Origin: Candidatus Babeliales bacterium
Lineage (GTDB): Bacteria > Babelota > Babeliae > Babelales > Vermiphilaceae
Direction: 5' to 3'
Assembly: GCA_963743635.1 (NCBI GenBank)
Contig: CAVUQO010000003.1
Coordinates: 288,001-352,000, forward strand
Length of the DNA: 64,000 nt
This document shows, piece by piece, positions 59,029 to 64,000 of this stretch (position 1 is its first letter; every line of letters begins with the position of its first letter). The position numbers and the translations under genes were made by a program. The notes under the pieces are model-generated. The model saw only the letters and a list, made by a program, of their open reading frames with translations. It searched no databases and was not told the DNA's origin.

Positions 59029-59266
59029 TTACTCCGCATCCTTCGCCACATTTTTCACGCACACGAAAGCGTGTGCATGAAAAACACTCAGGACGAACGG
59101 AGGAGTGAGTTTTATTCCTAATTCTGTTATAAGGAAAAATAATAAATCGATACCTACAGTGTGAGGTGTTTTATCTTAAGTATAAAGTTTCCTTCTCTGT
59201 TCGTCCTGAGTGTTCTGAGAGCGAATGTTAATGAGCGCGAGGAATGTGGCGAAGGATGCGGAGTAA
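59029..59266. mobile_element. REPIN/MITE-like element made of two inverted family A repeats
   Basis: Perfect 24-bp terminal inverted repeat ttactccgcatccttcgccacatt; inner arms acactcaggacgaac(g/a)gag; AT-rich spacer; non-coding. Confidence 0.75.
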
Positions 59267-59331
59267 AATGCCTTACAGTATCTAATAAATTGTTTTTCAA
59301 CCCATTTTGAATTTATGGATAGGTTTGTTGT

Positions 59332-59955
59332 ATGAAAATTATTGATATCAGTTGGCCAATAACGCTTGATATGACCGCATATAAAGATAAGCGCGTCGTA
59401 GCATTCAATTACACAAAAACATTTGAAAAAGATGGTGCGCGTGAATCGGTGATCACGCTCGGTTCACATTCTGGGACGCATGTTGATGCGCCGTCACATT
59501 TTATTGCCGAGGGCGCACCGATTCATGAAGTGCCCATAGAAGCCACCTGCGGGCCATGCGTTGTGCTCGATTGTACGGACGTGACTGAATCGATTACCGA
59601 TGAAGTGTTGCGAGAGCATGACATTGAAGCGGGTGCGATCGTATTACTTAAAACGCGCAATAGTGAATACGCGGTTAATGGATCATTTCAATATGATTTT
59701 GTTTATCTTGCAGGATCGGGCGCGGCGTATCTTGCAATGCGCAAGATAAAAGCAGTTGGTATCGACTATTTGGGTATCGAGCGCCAGCAACCAAATCATG
59801 AAACGCACGAACATCTCATGCTCAATAACATTACGATAATTGAAGGGTTGCGTCTTGCCAACGTCGATCCAGGATCCTATATGCTTTGGTGTTTGCCACT
59901 GCGCATTCAGGGCTTAGAGGCCGCACCAGCGAGAGCAATCCTGCAGGAATTATAA
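59332..59955 (+). CDS. Cyclase / kynurenine formamidase-like metal-dependent hydrolase
   Basis: IDIS.PI, HSGTHVDAPSHF, VGIDYL.IE, IIEGLRL, AAPARAIL. Confidence 0.9.
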   Translation: MKIIDISWPITLDMTAYKDKRVVAFNYTKTFEKDGARESVITLGSHSGTHVDAPSHFIAEGAPIHEVPIEATCGPCVVLDCTDVTESITDEVLREHDIEAGAIVLLKTRNSEYAVNGSFQYDFVYLAGSGAAYLAMRKIKAVGIDYLGIERQQPNHETHEHLMLNNITIIEGLRLANVDPGSYMLWCLPLRIQGLEAAPARAILQEL

Positions 59956-60009
59956 AAATGAACAAAGCCCCAATTTTTTTAGGGGCTTTGTAATTTGTTA
60001 CTTCATTAA

Positions 60010-60663
60010 TTAGTGACGAATAACGATACGTCCATTCGAATCACGCGTGATGTTTATGGCGTGACGCGGTGAATAATATCGCTGATCTTCGATCATGAAA
60101 TTAAAACTAGTGGGGTGATAAAGTTCAGTTGCTTGATGTGGCTTGAGATATAACGGAGCACTATCGGGAGTACGTATGTAAATGCCCGTATTGGTTTGAT
60201 TGTTTACAATCCAAAACTCATATCCTGCATCATCAAGATTTCTATTTCTCTCTTGCGACGAATCCGAATCAGAACTATAGCTAACGTTTACGCCCGCATA
60301 GGGATAATCATATCCATAGTAGTACGGCCAACCGTAGTAGCCATAGCCCCACCATGGGTAGCCCCAGCCCCAACCGCCATATCCGCCGTATCCATACGCG
60401 CCGTAACCACGTCCATAACCGCCACGACCATAGCCGCCACGTCCGTAACCACCACGACCACCGCCGTGATAATGTCCGCCATGACCACCACGACCGCCGC
60501 GTCCACCGTGACCGCCACCATGACCACCGCCATGAAAACCGCCGCCACCGTGACCGCCTCCGCCATGTCCACCGCCGCCACCACCACCACGAGTGTTAGT
60601 CGCTAGATTGGATATTAATGCTCCAATCACTACGGTAAAGAGTAATAATTTTTTCAGATTCAC
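60010..60663 (-). CDS. Secreted Gly/Arg/His/Tyr-rich low-complexity protein
   Basis: GTG start; signal peptide; GGH/RGG/GYG repeats; YW-rich segment; folded-looking C-terminus. Confidence 0.8.
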   Translation of the reverse strand: MNLKKLLLFTVVIGALISNLATNTRGGGGGGGHGGGGHGGGGFHGGGHGGGHGGRGGRGGHGGHYHGGGRGGYGRGGYGRGGYGRGYGAYGYGGYGGWGWGYPWWGYGYYGWPYYYGYDYPYAGVNVSYSSDSDSSQERNRNLDDAGYEFWIVNNQTNTGIYIRTPDSAPLYLKPHQATELYHPTSFNFMIEDQRYYSPRHAINITRDSNGRIVIRH

Positions 60664-60672
60664 CGTGTACCC

Positions 60673-61140
60673 TTACTTTCTTTTGTACACAACGCATACA
60701 CCATTTTCATACACTTCTACAATGCCATCAGCTTTTACGCCGTTTGCATCATAGCGATAGCGTGGATGACGTTCGTGTGGGTGATGGTGATGACCATGAT
60801 GTTCATGATGATGTCCATGGCCATGATGACCATGTCTATGACCCGTGCACGCTTCATTGATTTTCACGTATTGCACGTAATTATTATTTTCAAAAACCCA
60901 TAAAACACCAGCTACGACCTTACCATTCGATGCTGCAGTTCTCACCATAGGATGCGCATGATGTTGATGGTGGTGGTGCGGATTATGACCTTGACCACGT
61001 TGTCGTTGTTGTTGGCCTTGTTGTGGGCATTGAGCGCGTTGACCTTGGCAACGTCTATTCATCGCGTTGATAGATGTTGAAATTAATCCACCTACCAATA
61101 GGCTTAGGACTAACAGTTTTTTTGCATTCTTCGTATTCAT
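60673..61140 (-). CDS. Secreted His/Gln-rich protein
   Basis: RBS aggag; signal; His tracts; duplicated (V/I)(F/Y)EN motif. Confidence 0.8.
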   Translation of the reverse strand: MNTKNAKKLLVLSLLVGGLISTSINAMNRRCQGQRAQCPQQGQQQRQRGQGHNPHHHHQHHAHPMVRTAASNGKVVAGVLWVFENNNYVQYVKINEACTGHRHGHHGHGHHHEHHGHHHHPHERHPRYRYDANGVKADGIVEVYENGVCVVYKRK

Positions 61141-61187
61141 ACAATTTCTCCTTTTTTGTATGTACTGTTTTTATATATTTACACTCA

Positions 61188-61481
61188 TCATTGTTCTGTT
61201 TCTTCTTCTTCTTCTTCTTGTCGTTCCCGTTCCATAAACTTTAGATCGCAAGGCGCATAGGGATCTTCTGGATTTTCTTTACAACATGGTGCTTTGTTCA
61301 CATCCACAACATCACGATCACGATTCTTGTGACGATGCGTTTTGGTATGTTTCTTCTTATGCGTGCTCCTTTTGGTCGTCCGTGCATTATCGTTATCGCC
61401 TGGCCGAGCAGTGCTAATCAAGAGGTTTGATCCGAACGCCAAAACGATAATAGCTAGAACGAGTAGTTGATTGTTATTCAT
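61188..61481 (-). CDS. Small secreted protein with basic/His block and poly-Glu tail
   Basis: Signal; KRSTHKKKHTKTHRHK; PCCKE..PC; EEEEEE. Confidence 0.72.
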   Translation of the reverse strand: MNNNQLLVLAIIVLAFGSNLLISTARPGDNDNARTTKRSTHKKKHTKTHRHKNRDRDVVDVNKAPCCKENPEDPYAPCDLKFMERERQEEEEEETEQ

Positions 61482-61490
61482 AGATCATCC

Positions 61491-61892
61491 TTAATCTTCA
61501 TATCCTGCCGGACCTTGATTTGGGTAATAGTTGTTTACGTACGTATCGCTACGATTTCGACTATTCGCTGCAGCCGCGCTCGCTGCTACCGCTGTAGTTG
61601 CCAATGCTGCATTTGCAGCCCAGTAACCACCATAACCGCCGCCGTAACCATATCCGCCACCATAACCGTAACCACCGCGTCCGTAACCGCCGCGCCCATA
61701 GCCACCACGTCCACTGCGTCCGCCATGGCCACCACGATTATGGCCACCATGACCGCCACGTCCACCACGTCCGCCATGCCCATGTCCGCCGCGACCACCG
61801 CCGCCACGTCCACCGCCACGCGCTTCAATTGACATCTGAGCAGCAACGCCCAGAATCAATATGCAGGTAACAAGTAATTTTTTGATATTCAT
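61491..61892 (-). CDS. Secreted RGG/GYG-rich protein
   Basis: Signal ending SIEA-RGG; ends DTYVNNYY...GYED. Confidence 0.8.
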   Translation of the reverse strand: MNIKKLLVTCILILGVAAQMSIEARGGGRGGGGRGGHGHGGRGGRGGHGGHNRGGHGGRSGRGGYGRGGYGRGGYGYGGGYGYGGGYGGYWAANAALATTAVAASAAAANSRNRSDTYVNNYYPNQGPAGYED

Positions 61893-61907
61893 AAATTCCT
61901 AACTCTC

Positions 61908-62342
61908 TTAATCTTCGTAGCCGTAATAGTTGGTTACATAAGTATCGCCGTCGCCATCAGCATTCATCGCTGCGATTTCAGCTGCCGTTAATGCAATCCA
62001 GAGACCATCTAGACCCCAGTAACCCCAACCCCAACCATTTCTATAGTAGGCGTTGCCGCGTCCATAACCATGTCCGCCACGTCCACCGCGGTTTCCACGT
62101 CCGCCACGATTACCACCTTTACCATGACCACCCTTACCATGACCACCTTTGCCATGACCGCCACCGTGTCCGCCATGATGACCACCACCGTGTCCGCCAT
62201 GATGACCACCACCATGACCGCCACCATGACCACCACCATGCCCGCCGCCATGACCACCACCGCCGCCTTTTGTTTCAATTGATTTTTGCGCAATCACGCA
62301 GAGCACAAGTATGCTTGCTATAATTAGTTTCTTCATATTCAT
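61908..62342 (-). CDS. Secreted GGH/RGG-rich protein
   Basis: Signal ending SIET-KGG; ends DTYVTNYYGYED. Confidence 0.8.
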   Translation of the reverse strand: MNMKKLIIASILVLCVIAQKSIETKGGGGGHGGGHGGGHGGGHGGGHHGGHGGGHHGGHGGGHGKGGHGKGGHGKGGNRGGRGNRGGRGGHGYGRGNAYYRNGWGWGYWGLDGLWIALTAAEIAAMNADGDGDTYVTNYYGYED

Positions 62343-62375
62343 CGTTTTTCCTTTTTTTATTGGTTTTTAATTAAA

Positions 62376-62750
62376 CTACTCTACTTCAACTTCTTCATCT
62401 TCTTCGTCGCAATCAGTGTCCATGTCTTCGACGTCTTCATCTTCTTCGTCGACATCAGTGTCCATGTCTTCAACTTCTTCATCTTCCTCATCTATTTGTT
62501 TTTGCATTTGAGGATTCTGGTTTCGAGCTTGTTGGTTTTTCATGCCACATTGTCCACCGCTACAGTAAGCGCCGCCTTGTGCCGGTTGATCCGCAGTTTG
62601 ACCAGCTGCTTGACGCCTGCGACCTGGTGCGTTATATGCACGGGTTCCTTGGGCAGATTGTTTTACCGGAACACGACCAGCTTCAATACTTACTTGGCTC
62701 ATTGCAGCTAAAAAGAGTGCACAGAGCACCATTAATTTAGTTTTGTTCAA
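62376..62750 (-). CDS. Secreted protein with polyacidic repeat tail
   Basis: TTG start after aggag; signal ending SIEA; repeated DEEDE(E/D)VEDMDTD. Confidence 0.78.
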   Translation of the reverse strand: MNKTKLMVLCALFLAAMSQVSIEAGRVPVKQSAQGTRAYNAPGRRRQAAGQTADQPAQGGAYCSGGQCGMKNQQARNQNPQMQKQIDEEDEEVEDMDTDVDEEDEDVEDMDTDCDEEDEEVEVE

Positions 62751-62894
62751 ATCAACTCCTTTTTAACGTTTCACATAGCGTAAGCAAGAACGCTAAGTAT
62801 TGTTTTATTGGACTTTTTACACCGCCTGCTTTATTTCATAATAGAAAACATGGGCGCTCGAAATCAAGAGTTTTTCGTTTAGAAAGAGGATTTT

Positions 62895-63896
62895 TTAGGT
62901 TTTAACCAGGCGAGAGGAGGAAATGGCGATGTTTTTTCCGTCAATTGAGCCGGTTACGAGCAGGCCTGGATAGCTATAATCGCCGCTGGTGATCTTTTTA
63001 TTGGCCAGCTGTATGGAAAGATCAGGGCATCCCGGGACTTTTTGGTTCCGGTAGCCAATGCGGGATATTTTGGTGCCATAGGTTTGGGCGGTCCGTTTGA
63101 GACTGTGCCAAGACCGATTCATGCCTTTGGAAACGGTGCCATCCCAGTAAGGGATCATGAGCAATTCAATGCTTGTGGTGTGGCACATCAATTCAAGCGC
63201 CTGCAAAATGGTGGCAGTCGGCTGAAGGCAGATGACCGTATTAAGATGGGAAATGCCGGTTTGTTTGGTGATGGAAGTGATGAGCTCATACTGAGCCCAT
63301 TGTTTACCCGAAGGGCGTTGGCCGATGAGGCCAGGGTCGATAACGATGGTTTTTTGATTATGATGCAATACAGTAATAGTTCCCTTGTTGCAAGGAATTG
63401 AGAGCATGTTTTCTGATTTGAATAACGTGGAGCAAACGCAGATCAAAAAGAGCAGCATAAAGCAGATGATGCTTCGATTACGTGATCGCGTGAGCGGATG
63501 ATGGACTACAGCGAGCGTAGCCAGTGGCAGGAGTATGAGAATAATCCAATGAGGTTGAGAAAATCCAATGAAAGACTTGTGCGGGGCACAGTCCAGGCAA
63601 TAAAGCCATGCTTTGGTTAGATAATCGAGCGCGATCGAGAGCCACGTAATCGGGATCCCGAGCAGTGCGCCGAAAAAAATCAGGGATGAAAGGAGTAAGA
63701 ATACCAGTATGAATGGATTAAAAATCAGGTTGCCAAGTGGAGAAAACAGCGAAAAGGGTAGACCCCACGCTATGAGTATGGGTAGCGAAAGAAGGGTGAC
63801 GTAAAACTGGATATATATGAATTCCAAAAGCCAGTTCTTTATAGACCGCAAGAGAGGGTTTTGAACCAGAAAGGTATAAAAATGCTTTAAAACCAT
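62895..63896 (-). CDS. ComEC/Rec2-like membrane protein (C-terminal part of competence domain plus degenerate MBL-like domain)
   Basis: TL.SLPIL...FSL.SP.GNLI.P TM pattern; TIVIDPG; no HxHxDH motif. Confidence 0.6.
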   Translation of the reverse strand: MVLKHFYTFLVQNPLLRSIKNWLLEFIYIQFYVTLLSLPILIAWGLPFSLFSPLGNLIFNPFILVFLLLSSLIFFGALLGIPITWLSIALDYLTKAWLYCLDCAPHKSFIGFSQPHWIILILLPLATLAVVHHPLTRSRNRSIICFMLLFLICVCSTLFKSENMLSIPCNKGTITVLHHNQKTIVIDPGLIGQRPSGKQWAQYELITSITKQTGISHLNTVICLQPTATILQALELMCHTTSIELLMIPYWDGTVSKGMNRSWHSLKRTAQTYGTKISRIGYRNQKVPGCPDLSIQLANKKITSGDYSYPGLLVTGSIDGKNIAISSSRLVKT

Positions 63897-63949
63897 TGCG
63901 TTTGGGGATTTCGTTCGTGTACAGTGAATAAAAAAAGGAGTATCAAAAT

Positions 63950-64000
63950 ATGAAAAGTTTCAAACGCGTTGCTGCTCAAATGCATGAACATTGGGAACAT
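63950..64000 (+). CDS. 5' end of a CDS running off the window
   Basis: aaggag RBS followed by ATG AAA AGT TTC..., open to the window end. Confidence 0.5.
   Translation, partial: MKSFKRVAAQMHEHWEH

Noticed and set aside
60196..62323. Thr/Met-, His- or Val-rich alternative-frame ORFs
   Set aside because: By-products of GGY/CAY codon repeats in the Gly-rich genes; they lack RBS and signal peptides.
60010..62750. Double-glycine-leader bacteriocin or RiPP precursors
   Set aside because: Leaders are hydrophobic Sec-type signals; no C39 peptidase transporter or modifying enzymes are adjacent.

Overview
Bacterial chromosome segment, mostly AT-rich. Gene content suggests an intracellular parasite of protists, most likely Ca. 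Dependentiae/Babelota (TM6); this is an inference, not a database result. Housekeeping genes include ftsY, rnhB, rpsF, rpsR, typA, truA, gpmI, rsmE, tsaB, ruvX, murE, hppA, nrdAB and pgi-zwf-gnd. They are interspersed with many signal-peptide hypothetical proteins, ankyrin and Sel1-like repeat proteins, a PPP-type phosphatase, secreted thioredoxins and a TolC+MFP pair. Most notable: (1) a five-gene Sel1-like array (38.3-47.4 kb) with a shared unknown N-terminal domain, 123-bp repeats with localized variable residues, bipartite NLS-like tails and visible recombination junctions; (2) two families of nested palindromic repeats around a small GIY-YIG gene, sitting in duplicated gene ends (ftsY, rnhB) and inside a coding sequence; (3) six tandem secreted low-complexity Gly/Arg/His/Tyr- or acid-rich proteins (60-62.8 kb); (4) a Chlamydia-type class Ic ribonucleotide reductase with many frameshifts, probably assembly errors; (5) a recurrent Met at the predicted +1 position of secreted proteins. 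No tRNA, rRNA, CRISPR array or transposase was recognised.
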